A stretch of DNA of 64,000 nt from Deinococcales bacterium (GTDB lineage Bacteria; Deinococcota; Deinococci; Deinococcales; JAAFIG01), in contig JAYWGM010000075.1 of NCBI GenBank assembly GCA_043778225.1, forward strand, positions 11,747 to 75,746, written 5' to 3'. Made by a program: the position numbers and the translations under genes. The notes under the pieces are model-generated. The model was not told the DNA's origin. It searched no databases and saw only the letters and a list, made by a program, of their open reading frames with translations. Shown piece after piece: positions 48,471-56,612 of this stretch; the stretch's first letter is position 1, and each line of letters begins with the position of its first letter.

Positions 48471-48520
48471 GTGAAATAATTCACGATTATGCTAATTTCG
48501 TGAATTATTTATTGTAAATT
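48471..48520 (+). promoter_or_regulatory. Copy 3 of the 50-nt conserved element (GTGAAATAATTCACGATTATGCTAATTTCGTGAATTATTTATTGTAAATT)
   Basis: Aligned with the other three copies. It lies 79 nt upstream of 48600 and contains the 11-bp inverted repeat ATAATTCACGA/TCGTGAATTAT. Confidence 0.8.
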
Positions 48521-48599
48521 AGTCAATGAGTTTACCTTCACAGTTTTCACACTGGAAACACGTGTCTCTACTGTAAACTCGGGCATACTAAGGAGAACC

Positions 48600-49322
48600 A
48601 TGAAAAAGTTAATTATTGGCGCGTTATTCTCGAGTTTTATTATTGTTGCTTGTAATCCAACACCAATCCCAGATACGTTTGTTCGCTTTGTCAATACCAT
48701 GCCCGACTCTACTGGTGTTAAGGTGTTTTTCGCACAGGACTTAATTAGCGGAGAAACCCCTGTTCCTTTTAAGGGAGCTTTCCCATCACTCACTTCGTTC
48801 CGTACCGAGAAACCAACTAACTTAACCTACAGTTTATGTCCAGCCGATTTACTCGATTGTCCAACGGTTGTTAAAAACAAAACCATTAATTTAGTTAGCA
48901 ATATTCAAAACACTGTTTTCTTAATCGGAACGAAAATGACAACCGATGATTCAGGGACAGATGCTCGACCTTTGGAAGTCTTAAATTTCACAAGCGAAAC
49001 AGCTACGCCTTCGGTTGGTAAAGCACGAATTCGAGTTCTTCATGCGCTGCCGAATCTTGATGCTAAAAAACTTGACTTATACATCACTGCCCCAGATGCC
49101 GCCCTGAGCGGTTTTCCACCGGAATTACTCTATAAAAATATCTTTGATTATCGTGACTTAACTGCTGGTTCGTATCAGATTCGTGCAACCGCTCCAGCCG
49201 TCACCGACACGATTTTGGTAGACTCTGGGACGCTGGCGCTTGAAGCAGGGAAAACCTATACCGCCGTATTGGTAAAACCAGATGTCAATAAATTAGGCGT
49301 AATACTTCTAACCGATAAATAA
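48600..49322 (+). CDS. DUF4397-domain lipoprotein
   Basis: Lipobox FIIVAC. Repeated motifs (RFVNTMPDS...VKVF, IRVLHALPN...LDLYI) are typical of DUF4397. Confidence 0.75.
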   Translation: MKKLIIGALFSSFIIVACNPTPIPDTFVRFVNTMPDSTGVKVFFAQDLISGETPVPFKGAFPSLTSFRTEKPTNLTYSLCPADLLDCPTVVKNKTINLVSNIQNTVFLIGTKMTTDDSGTDARPLEVLNFTSETATPSVGKARIRVLHALPNLDAKKLDLYITAPDAALSGFPPELLYKNIFDYRDLTAGSYQIRATAPAVTDTILVDSGTLALEAGKTYTAVLVKPDVNKLGVILLTDK

Positions 49323-49326
49323 GGAA

Positions 49327-50319
49327 TCAATCGAGGTTTTGAGTTAAATAATTTGCCGCCGCCAAACCGCTTTCAAAAGCGGTTTCAATTCTGCTGTTAC
49401 CATCTGGAGCGCACCAATCGCCACAAAAAACAAGTTTATTCTGGGCTAAAAACGCTTCGGGATGAGGCTGGCTGGCTTGGGCATAACGCCAGCGATGAGC
49501 GATGACTTCAGTGGTCTCGAGTGGTGCGGCAAAGAGTTCTTGGATGGCTGCCAATAATTCAGCAATGATGGCTTGAGAATTTTGCTCGAGGTTGAGAAGA
49601 CTCCATTGTGCATTGGCGTGAGCCACCAAAACTGGCTCTCCACCGCGCTTGGTGTGTTCTAAACTGACCCAAGAAAGAATCGGATGTTCCAAGCGTAAGG
49701 ATTTCCAAGCCACCGATGGCAATTCTTTAAGCGCCACAATCAAAGCCCAGCATGGCACAAAACGAACCGCTTCTAGAGCAGTGGCAGTTGTTGGCTCGAG
49801 GATGGCTCGAGTCAATGCCAAGGCTTGCAGGGCTGGTGTATTGACCAAGACTGCTCGAGCTAGGTGTCTATCGCCATGCTCGAGAACGACTTGATGTTGG
49901 TCTACAACTGCACTGACCAAGGCATTTTGAACGATTTCGAGCGGTGGCTCGGAATCATCTCCATCGCGCAAGACTTTACCCAAAGTCGTCATACCCGCCG
50001 CGATGCTGTAGCGTGGATAGCCATTGGTGCTTTGGATTTGCCCAGATTGCCAAGTTTGGATACCGTGCTGCCAAACCTGTACGATGCCTCGAGACTCGAG
50101 TTGTTTGACAAAAGCCGCAAATGCCTCATTTCGCACCGTAAAAAATGGCGCACCATAATCTGCCAGCGCTCCAGAAGACAAGCGCTTGGTAGCAGCCCGA
50201 CCAGCCACACCACGCGATTTCTCGAGAACCCGCACCGTAAAACCAGACCGCATCAAGGCTCGAGCGGCGGTTAGCCCTGCTACACCCGCACCAATAACCA
50301 AAACATCCACTTTTTCCAT
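49327..50319 (-). CDS. FAD/NAD(P)-dependent oxidoreductase (amine-oxidase/renalase-like)
   Basis: VLVIGAGVAGLTAARAL dinucleotide-binding motif and a C-terminal FCGDW motif. Confidence 0.82.
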   Translation of the reverse strand: MEKVDVLVIGAGVAGLTAARALMRSGFTVRVLEKSRGVAGRAATKRLSSGALADYGAPFFTVRNEAFAAFVKQLESRGIVQVWQHGIQTWQSGQIQSTNGYPRYSIAAGMTTLGKVLRDGDDSEPPLEIVQNALVSAVVDQHQVVLEHGDRHLARAVLVNTPALQALALTRAILEPTTATALEAVRFVPCWALIVALKELPSVAWKSLRLEHPILSWVSLEHTKRGGEPVLVAHANAQWSLLNLEQNSQAIIAELLAAIQELFAAPLETTEVIAHRWRYAQASQPHPEAFLAQNKLVFCGDWCAPDGNSRIETAFESGLAAANYLTQNLD

Positions 50320-50389
50320 GCTGCCATTTTTTCAGTTTTTGCTGGTACTTTCTGCACTGTACACTGCACTTGGGATAAGCTGTTAGACA

Positions 50390-51175
50390 ATGCTGACCCC
50401 TGAACACAAACAAAAAGTTCGTCAACTTGCTAGGGATTTTGTCGAAGTTTACGATGCCCGAGAGCCTTTTGACCTCGCCAATGCAATTGGCGTAAGGCTC
50501 GAGTACGGCGATCTCGGCGATAAGGATGGGGCGTTTGACCCCGAGCGCAATGTGGTCTTCTTGTCTAAAAAGTCTAGCCTCGAGCGGCAGCGCTTTACCA
50601 TGGCGCACGAAGTCAGCCACTTTTTAATTTTAGCCGATGATGAATTTTTATCCGATTTACACGATGCTTACGAAGGCGATTTACTCGAGGCAAACATTGA
50701 AACGCTATGTAACATCGGTGCAAGTGCGATTTTGGTTTCCGAAGAACAACTCGAGGTGGTTTTAACTCGCTATGGGCAGAGCGCTCGAGCGGTCAGTAAA
50801 ATTGCCCAGACTTTTGGTATTTCTAAACCCGCCGCCTGTGTGGTGCTGAGCGAAAAAATGCTTGAGCCAGCCGTGGTGGCAATTTTACGCGCCAAAGGAA
50901 AGAACACCACCCGACGCGAAATGCTCCACGATGGAGAAACACCACTTCGCAGCCTTGAAGTCAGCTTTGCCGCCAAAAGCGAAAGCATGAAGTACACCCT
51001 TGCCAACGGCACAATTATTCCTAACGAGCATCCAGCCTATGTGGCACTTGAGACAGGCTTACCAATCGAAGAAGAAAGTTACTTGCCTTTTAAGAGCGGC
51101 AAAAAAATGCCAGCTTTGGTGGACGCACATTCAGAAGGCAATATCGTCATTGTGGTCTTTCGTATTGAAGCATGA
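50390..51175 (+). CDS. irrE: IrrE/PprI-type (ImmA/IrrE family) metalloprotease
   Basis: ERQRFTMAHEVSHFL (HExxH preceded by the QRFT seen in IrrE), a central HTH-like segment AVSKIAQTFGISKPAACVVLSE and a C-terminal sensor-like domain. Confidence 0.8.
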   Translation: MLTPEHKQKVRQLARDFVEVYDAREPFDLANAIGVRLEYGDLGDKDGAFDPERNVVFLSKKSSLERQRFTMAHEVSHFLILADDEFLSDLHDAYEGDLLEANIETLCNIGASAILVSEEQLEVVLTRYGQSARAVSKIAQTFGISKPAACVVLSEKMLEPAVVAILRAKGKNTTRREMLHDGETPLRSLEVSFAAKSESMKYTLANGTIIPNEHPAYVALETGLPIEEESYLPFKSGKKMPALVDAHSEGNIVIVVFRIEA

Positions 51176-51190
51176 ACAGTGTAGTATCAT

Positions 51191-51240
51191 GTGAAATATA
51201 TCACGATTATACTAATTTCGTGAAATTTTTATTGTGAATT
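51191..51240 (+). promoter_or_regulatory. Copy 4 of the 50-nt conserved element (GTGAAATATATCACGATTATACTAATTTCGTGAAATTTTTATTGTGAATT)
   Basis: It lies 16 nt after the irrE stop. No ORF of 60 aa or more follows on this strand. Confidence 0.8.
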
Positions 51241-51314
51241 TCCCTAGCAAAGTCAATCCAAGGAAACTCAAGTAGCAAGTAACGACCGCGAGTCTCAAAG
51301 ATAAAAACGCTTTC

Positions 51315-52103
51315 TTATTTAACAGCTTCAAGCAACCATGCCCGAACATGAATTTGTGCCGAAAAATGCAGCAGTTCCGGCTTGGGCGGCAATCTAAAGC
51401 CGAGCCAATCGGTCATGGTGTTACTCGAGAAATCGGCTTGGGCGGGTTGCAATTGCCACGGCTGATGGTCAATCTCGCCTCGGAAAATTTGCCCAGTACG
51501 GTTAGCACTGTATAAACAATAGCGCTCTGTTAGCCAATGCTCAAGCGAACCTACTTGGCTTTGGTAAACTGCACCAGTCGGCTGGTATTGGCACGAAAAA
51601 TCTGCTTTTGGCTCGGCTTGGTGGGTTCTCTGGCTGGCATAAGTGATGATCTTATTTTGACTCAAGACTTGCATTTTTGCATCCATGTAAGGCAGATGAA
51701 AACCAAATCGCGCCGCCCGCACGGCAAACAGGTTATTGCAATCGAGCGAAAAAAACCAAACACCAGACTTTTTACCGTTCGTCACATAAGTACGAACGTT
51801 TAATTCGTCAAAATCCGAAAGCCCCGGCACAGTCAGCCATTTTCGAGGACTGGTCTGGCGCATTTGAAACGGAACAACGCCAAGCCATGCAAAACCGTCA
51901 AAAGTCTCGAGTTGTAAGCCCTTGGGCAGCAGTGGCTCGAGTAGGCTTGGCTTGACTGCCCAGTGAGCAAACAGCAAGTTGTGCCACTCCATGTACATCA
52001 CCCACGGGCGCGAAGGGATTTGCCACGGGCGGTGACTCACGATAAAAAACGCTTTTTGAGTTCTGGGGTCGGCATCATACACGAGACTTGCCGACCAAAC
52101 CAC
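51315..52103 (-). CDS. DUF2071 (YqjF-like) family protein
   Basis: WHNLLFAHWAV...NVRTYV is the DUF2071 signature. The GTG start at 52103 overlaps the upstream gene by 67 bp, so the true start is uncertain. Confidence 0.75.
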   Translation of the reverse strand: MVWSASLVYDADPRTQKAFFIVSHRPWQIPSRPWVMYMEWHNLLFAHWAVKPSLLEPLLPKGLQLETFDGFAWLGVVPFQMRQTSPRKWLTVPGLSDFDELNVRTYVTNGKKSGVWFFSLDCNNLFAVRAARFGFHLPYMDAKMQVLSQNKIITYASQRTHQAEPKADFSCQYQPTGAVYQSQVGSLEHWLTERYCLYSANRTGQIFRGEIDHQPWQLQPAQADFSSNTMTDWLGFRLPPKPELLHFSAQIHVRAWLLEAVK

Positions 52104-52432
52104 GCATAACGATTTTTGGCAAGGAATTTATAGACAGCATCGCGCACAAATTTTGGCACAATCAGCAGTGCAAATGCCCAAGACCACGGCGCACCCAAGG
52201 CTCGAGCCAAGCGCAAAACCGCCTCCGAACGCGAATAGACCACGCCATTCTCGAGAAAAATCATGCTCTCGAGTCTGGTTGTATCCACCCCAAAAGGCTC
52301 GAGTTTATCTTGTGCGGCTTTGGATTGTAGGGCGGCAAAAACAATGGTTTTTTGTGTATCATGGCGCAAAATCCATTGCACCGTACCATTGCACAAATTA
52401 CAAACACCGTCAAAGAACAGAATGCGTTCCAT
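52037..52432 (-). CDS. Thiol-disulfide oxidoreductase DCC family (DUF393)
   Basis: ILFFDGVCNLCNGTVQWILRHD contains the DxxCxxC motif. Confidence 0.85.
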   Translation of the reverse strand: MERILFFDGVCNLCNGTVQWILRHDTQKTIVFAALQSKAAQDKLEPFGVDTTRLESMIFLENGVVYSRSEAVLRLARALGAPWSWAFALLIVPKFVRDAVYKFLAKNRYAWFGRQVSCMMPTPELKKRFLS

Positions 52433-52506
52433 GGATTTAGTTTACTGCCCAAAGCTCGAGATTTTGTCCCAGAGGAGGCTATGCGCTTTGGGCAAGACGT
52501 TTCCTC

Positions 52507-53031
52507 TCATGACTCGAGAACGATTCGATAAATCACAACTGGCTCGAGTAACATCTGATTTTCTTCTGGTTGTTGTTGAATTTGACGCAGCACTTCAAAA
52601 CCTTCGAGGGTTTGACCAAAGGCGGCAAAGCCTTGTCCATCGGGATTGCGCTGACCGCCATAGTCGAGTTCGGGCTGGTTGCCGATACACACAAAGAACT
52701 CTGAATGGGCTGTACCAGGCTCGAGACGACTCATCGAGATTGTACCGTTTATGTGCTTTAAGCCAGTCTCGAGGGTGGTTTGATGCTCAATAAATTTGGC
52801 TTTTTTGGGGTGCGAATTCATCCCAAGTCCACCTTGAACCACCGCGATTTTGACAGCTTGATGGTCTTGGTTACGCTCATGCACGACCCGATAAAACGAA
52901 CTGCCATCAAAAGCACCTGATTCGACATACCGTAAGAAGTTTTGGGCGGTTAAGGCAGCACGGTTGGTCTCGAGTTGGACGCGAATCACCCCAAGTGCAG
53001 TTTCGATACGAACAATCGGCAAGTTAGGCAT
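52507..53031 (-). CDS. Peptidyl-prolyl cis-trans isomerase, cyclophilin type
   Basis: FYRVV...GTISMSR...SEFFVCIG...AAFGQTLEG cyclophilin motifs. Confidence 0.88.
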   Translation of the reverse strand: MPNLPIVRIETALGVIRVQLETNRAALTAQNFLRYVESGAFDGSSFYRVVHERNQDHQAVKIAVVQGGLGMNSHPKKAKFIEHQTTLETGLKHINGTISMSRLEPGTAHSEFFVCIGNQPELDYGGQRNPDGQGFAAFGQTLEGFEVLRQIQQQPEENQMLLEPVVIYRIVLES

Positions 53032-53104
53032 AAAGATAGTCTAGCATTGGTTTGACTTATCAAACAAAGTTTGATACTTTTTAACAAACATCATAAGGAG
53101 CAGC

Positions 53105-53686
53105 GTGCTTTCGCCATCAATCCCAGAAATCAGTCCCAAACTCGAGGAAATGCGGCTTGGGAAAATGATGCAAAGCCGTCGTAAGCAATTGGGCTTGACC
53201 TTGCGCCAGTTGGCGACCAATGCCAGCCTGAGCGCTCCATTTTTATCGCAAATCGAAAATGGCAGCACCACCCCTTCGGTCACTTCGATGGTCAAAATTG
53301 CGGCGGCGCTGGGTGTGCCGACCTCGTATTTTTTAGACATTGCCAACAGCAATACCTTGGTGCATCAATCCAGCCAAACGCATTTTTATCGTTTAGACCA
53401 AAGCCATGTGCGCTATGGCAGAATCGGCTCGAGCTTGCCCGAGCGCCAACTCGAGCCGATGATTTTGATTTATCCGCCCAATTATGCTTCTGAACCCGTG
53501 ACCCACAGTGGAGAAGAATTTTTATATGTGCTGCAAGGGCGGGTTCGCTTAACGATTGGCAGCGAAACCCAAGTTCTCGAGGTTGGCGACAGCGCCCATT
53601 TTAATTCTGGGTTACGCCATTTATGGAGCAACGACACCGACCAAGAATTGCGGGTTTTATGGGTTGGGACACCCGCGCTTTTATGA
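53105..53686 (+). CDS. XRE-family HTH regulator with C-terminal cupin domain
   Basis: HTH_3 (RRKQLGLTLRQLATNASLSAPFLSQIENG) plus cupin (HSGEEFLYVLQGRV...GDSAHF). GTG start with an AAGGAG SD. Confidence 0.85.
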   Translation: MLSPSIPEISPKLEEMRLGKMMQSRRKQLGLTLRQLATNASLSAPFLSQIENGSTTPSVTSMVKIAAALGVPTSYFLDIANSNTLVHQSSQTHFYRLDQSHVRYGRIGSSLPERQLEPMILIYPPNYASEPVTHSGEEFLYVLQGRVRLTIGSETQVLEVGDSAHFNSGLRHLWSNDTDQELRVLWVGTPALL

Positions 53687-54348
53687 TTTCGTTTTTGCTG
53701 CAACGCTTTGGGTTAGCCTTGGTTTCTCTATTGGGCGTGATGATTCTGGTCTTTGCAATGGTGCGCCTTGTGCCGGGCGATGTCGTGACCAATTTAGTCG
53801 GCTTAGACAGCAACATCACCCCAGAGCGACTCGAGGAATTACGGCGCTTATTTGGTTTGGATTTACCGATTTACACCCAGTTTGGCAAATGGTTTAGCGG
53901 CTTACTGCAAAGCGACCTAGGCTCGAGTTTACGCACCGACCGACCTGTGCTGACCGACTTGGCACTGCGTTTTCCAGTGACGCTGCAACTGACTTTACTT
54001 TCAATGCTGATTGCACTCCTTATCGCCATTCCGCTTGGTGTGGCAGCTGCCAACAACCGTGGCAAGTGGATTGATACTTTTGCCAGTTCTTTTGCGCTGT
54101 TGGGCATTGCTGCGCCCAGTTTTTGGATTGCGATTTTGTTGGTTTTGTTTTTTTCGTTGCAGTTGCGCTGGTTTCCACCATCTGGCTATGTGCTTTTTAA
54201 TGAAGACCCGGTTGGTAACTTAAAAAGTATGTTTTTGCCGTCTTTAGCGCTGGGTTTATCATTGGCGGCAGCCACCACGCGAATTGTCCGCAGTAGTTTA
54301 CTCGAGGTTTTTTGGCATTTAGTTGGCGCACCAGTAAGGACAACCTGA
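53683..54348 (+). pseudogene. ABC peptide-type permease (DppB/OppB-like), truncated after about 209 native codons
   Basis: MISFLLQRFGLALV...VRLVPGD...TRIVRSSLLEV, then an unrelated 12-codon tail. The conserved ...DYIRTARAKG... continuation and the last TM helices are missing. The ATG overlaps the XRE stop (ATGA). Confidence 0.75.
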
Positions 54349-55616
54349 CTTGGACATTCACCATGCGCCAAGGGGTTAAATTCCATAACGGTCGCACTTT
54401 GGATGCTTCCGATGTCGCTTTTTCAATCAACCGCATCAAAGACCCTGCCTTAAAGTCGCCTCGAGCCAATTCATTTGACCAAGTGGCTTCGATTAGCGCC
54501 CCAAACGCCACAACCGTGGTGATGAAACTGAAACAGCCATTCTCGCCGTTGTTGTCAAAATTGGCATTTAGCTTAAATGTGATTATCCCCAAAGAAGCCG
54601 CTGCCACGATTGCCACCAAGCCAGTGGGGACTGGACCGTTTATGTTCTCGGAGTACATCCCTAGCACCCGCATGGTCTTAAAGAAGAACCCAAGTTTTTG
54701 GGAGCGCGACGCTAAAGGCAACAAACTGCCGTATCTCGAGGGCATCACCTACAGCTATTTACCAGATGCCACCGCCCGCAGCACCGCCTTGAGGACAGGC
54801 AACGTTGACTGGATTGAGTACGTGCCAGCTGCCGATATTGCCAACATCAAACGCGATCCAAAACTCGAGGTGGTTGGTGGACTGTCGGCAAATTTCCGCA
54901 GCTTGTACTTTAACCTCAAGGACAAACCGCTCGATGATGTGCGGGTGCGTCAAGCCATTGCTTATGCCATCAACCCTAAAGAAGTGGTGGATGTGGCGCT
55001 GTTTGGTACAGGTGGCGTGGTCGCCAAAGGCACAACCATTCCAGGCGGTGGGTTCTATTCGTTTAACGATAGCCCATACGGTACACCCAACCTCGAGAAA
55101 GCCAAAGCCTTGCTGCGTGAAGCTGGCTATCCAAATGGCTTTTCTTTAGACCTCAAAGTCACCAGCACTTACGACTTTCTGCGTACCCCAGCCGAAGTGC
55201 TACAAGCACAACTGGCTAAAATTGGGGTCAACTTAAAAATTCAAGCCGAAGAATGGAGCGTTTACCTGCCTAATTTTACGGGCAAGCGATTTGTTAGCAC
55301 AATTATTGGTGAATCTGGACAGGGCGACCCAGACGATTACTTGTACAATGTTTTCCACACCAAAGGTGGCGGCAACTTTATGAACTTCTCCGATGCGGCA
55401 CTCGATAAATTGCTCGAGCAAGGACGGACGGTTTCTAACCAAGAAGCCCGCAAAACCATCTATGGTCAAGCCCAAGAACGCATTTTGCAACTTGTGCCAA
55501 TGGTTCCGCTTTTCCACTCGGCACAGTACGAAGGCATCGCCACCTATGTCAAAGGCTTTGAGCATTACTCGAATAGTTCATACCTTGGCTTACGCACGAC
55601 TTACCTCGATAAGTAA
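54312..55616 (+). pseudogene. Family-5 ABC substrate-binding protein lacking the signal peptide and about 90 N-terminal residues
   Basis: It starts abruptly in the conserved LAxSW...TWTFxxRxGVKFHNG region. There is no signal peptide or RBS, and it is in a different frame from the permease fragment. Confidence 0.7.
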
Positions 55617-55668
55617 TTCGCACGTTACCTCGATAAATGATTCGCACGTTACCTCGATAAATAAGTAA
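55590..55668 (+). repeat. Tandem repeat spanning the stop codon (TTCGCACGTTACCTCGATAAATRA, x about 3)
   Basis: Copies at 55590-55616 (27 nt), 55617-55640 and 55641-55668. Each ends in an in-frame stop. Confidence 0.9.
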
Positions 55669-55677
55669 ACAAAGAAG

Positions 55678-55705
55678 AACCAGACCAATATGGTCTGGTT
55701 TTTTA
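55678..55705. terminator. Bidirectional rho-independent terminator
   Basis: AACCAGACCA-ata-TGGTCTGGTT followed by TTTT, lying between convergent genes. Confidence 0.85.
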
Positions 55706-56611
55706 TTGGCTCGAGCGCCTTGCCATTTGCATATCGGGAAACTCGCCTTCTAGGAATTCTTCGGGTTCAACATGAATCGTTACATTGGCATTGGGTAAAA
55801 TAGCCAAAATGGCATTCTCGAGCGTATCACAGCGCGTATGTGCCTCGAGAACCGTTAAGCCAGACGGCAGAATCAGATGAAAATCCACAAAGCAACGCGC
55901 ACCAGATAGACGTGTCCGCAAATCGTGAATCTCGAGATACTGGCTTTGATGTTGCTCGAGAACTGCATTTAACTTTTCTAAATCAGCTGGCTCGAGGGCA
56001 GCATCCATTAAGTAATTGAGGTTTTGGCGCAATAAACGCCCAGCCGTAAAAAGCAGCAGAATACCGACTCCCAAAGCCAGAGCGGGGTCAAGCCACGAAA
56101 CTCGAGTCCAAGTTGCCAACAATGCACCCGCCAAGACCCCGACACTGGTGGTGACATCGGCTAAAACGTGCCGACCATCAGCTTCTAAAGCTGGCGAATG
56201 TAAACGCTGCCCTGCCGAGACCAGATAACGACCTAAGCCTAAGTTAATCAGGCTGGCAAAAATCGTGACGACCACACCCAACAGCGAAAACTCAAGGATT
56301 GTTGGATTCGAGAAGCGATTAAATGCCGCCGTCATCACCAGAGCGGCTGCCACACCAATCAGCAATGCCTCAAGCAGACTCGAAAGTGATTCAGCTTTGT
56401 CATGCCCATAAGGATGGTCTTTGTCGGGTGGACGCAAAGCAATACTGACCGCCCACGCCATGACCGCCGCCGCCGCAATGTTGACGGTACTCTCGAGCGC
56501 GTCTGAAAGGACACCAACCGAGCCAGTCAAGAATGCACCGAGCAATTTGAGGGCAAAAACCAATAAGCCACCCAAGAGCGCCACTCGAGCCGCTATCAGT
56601 TTTGGGTTCAT
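55703..56611 (-). CDS. Cation diffusion facilitator family transporter
   Basis: Six TM helices with SDALESTVN and HVLADV metal-site motifs, plus a C-terminal cytoplasmic domain. Confidence 0.9.
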   Translation of the reverse strand: MNPKLIAARVALLGGLLVFALKLLGAFLTGSVGVLSDALESTVNIAAAAVMAWAVSIALRPPDKDHPYGHDKAESLSSLLEALLIGVAAALVMTAAFNRFSNPTILEFSLLGVVVTIFASLINLGLGRYLVSAGQRLHSPALEADGRHVLADVTTSVGVLAGALLATWTRVSWLDPALALGVGILLLFTAGRLLRQNLNYLMDAALEPADLEKLNAVLEQHQSQYLEIHDLRTRLSGARCFVDFHLILPSGLTVLEAHTRCDTLENAILAILPNANVTIHVEPEEFLEGEFPDMQMARRSSQ

Positions 56612-56612
56612 T

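Noticed and set aside
50320-50389. An RDRM-like palindrome in the oxidoreductase-irrE divergent spacer (ctgcactgtacactgcact)
   Set aside because: It is a short direct repeat around a TGTACA core, not a 17-bp inverted repeat, and it does not match the RDRM consensus as I recall it.
54197-54748. 183-aa minus-strand ORF, together with many other long antisense ORFs (for example 24780..25310, 7686..8162, 5319..5828, 50126..50620, 33471..33917, 39766..40245, 20554..21045)
   Set aside because: Each lies entirely opposite a gene with clear family motifs. Their translations are Ser/Arg/Pro/Ala-rich and have no motifs. Long stop-free antisense frames are expected from the codon bias seen here.
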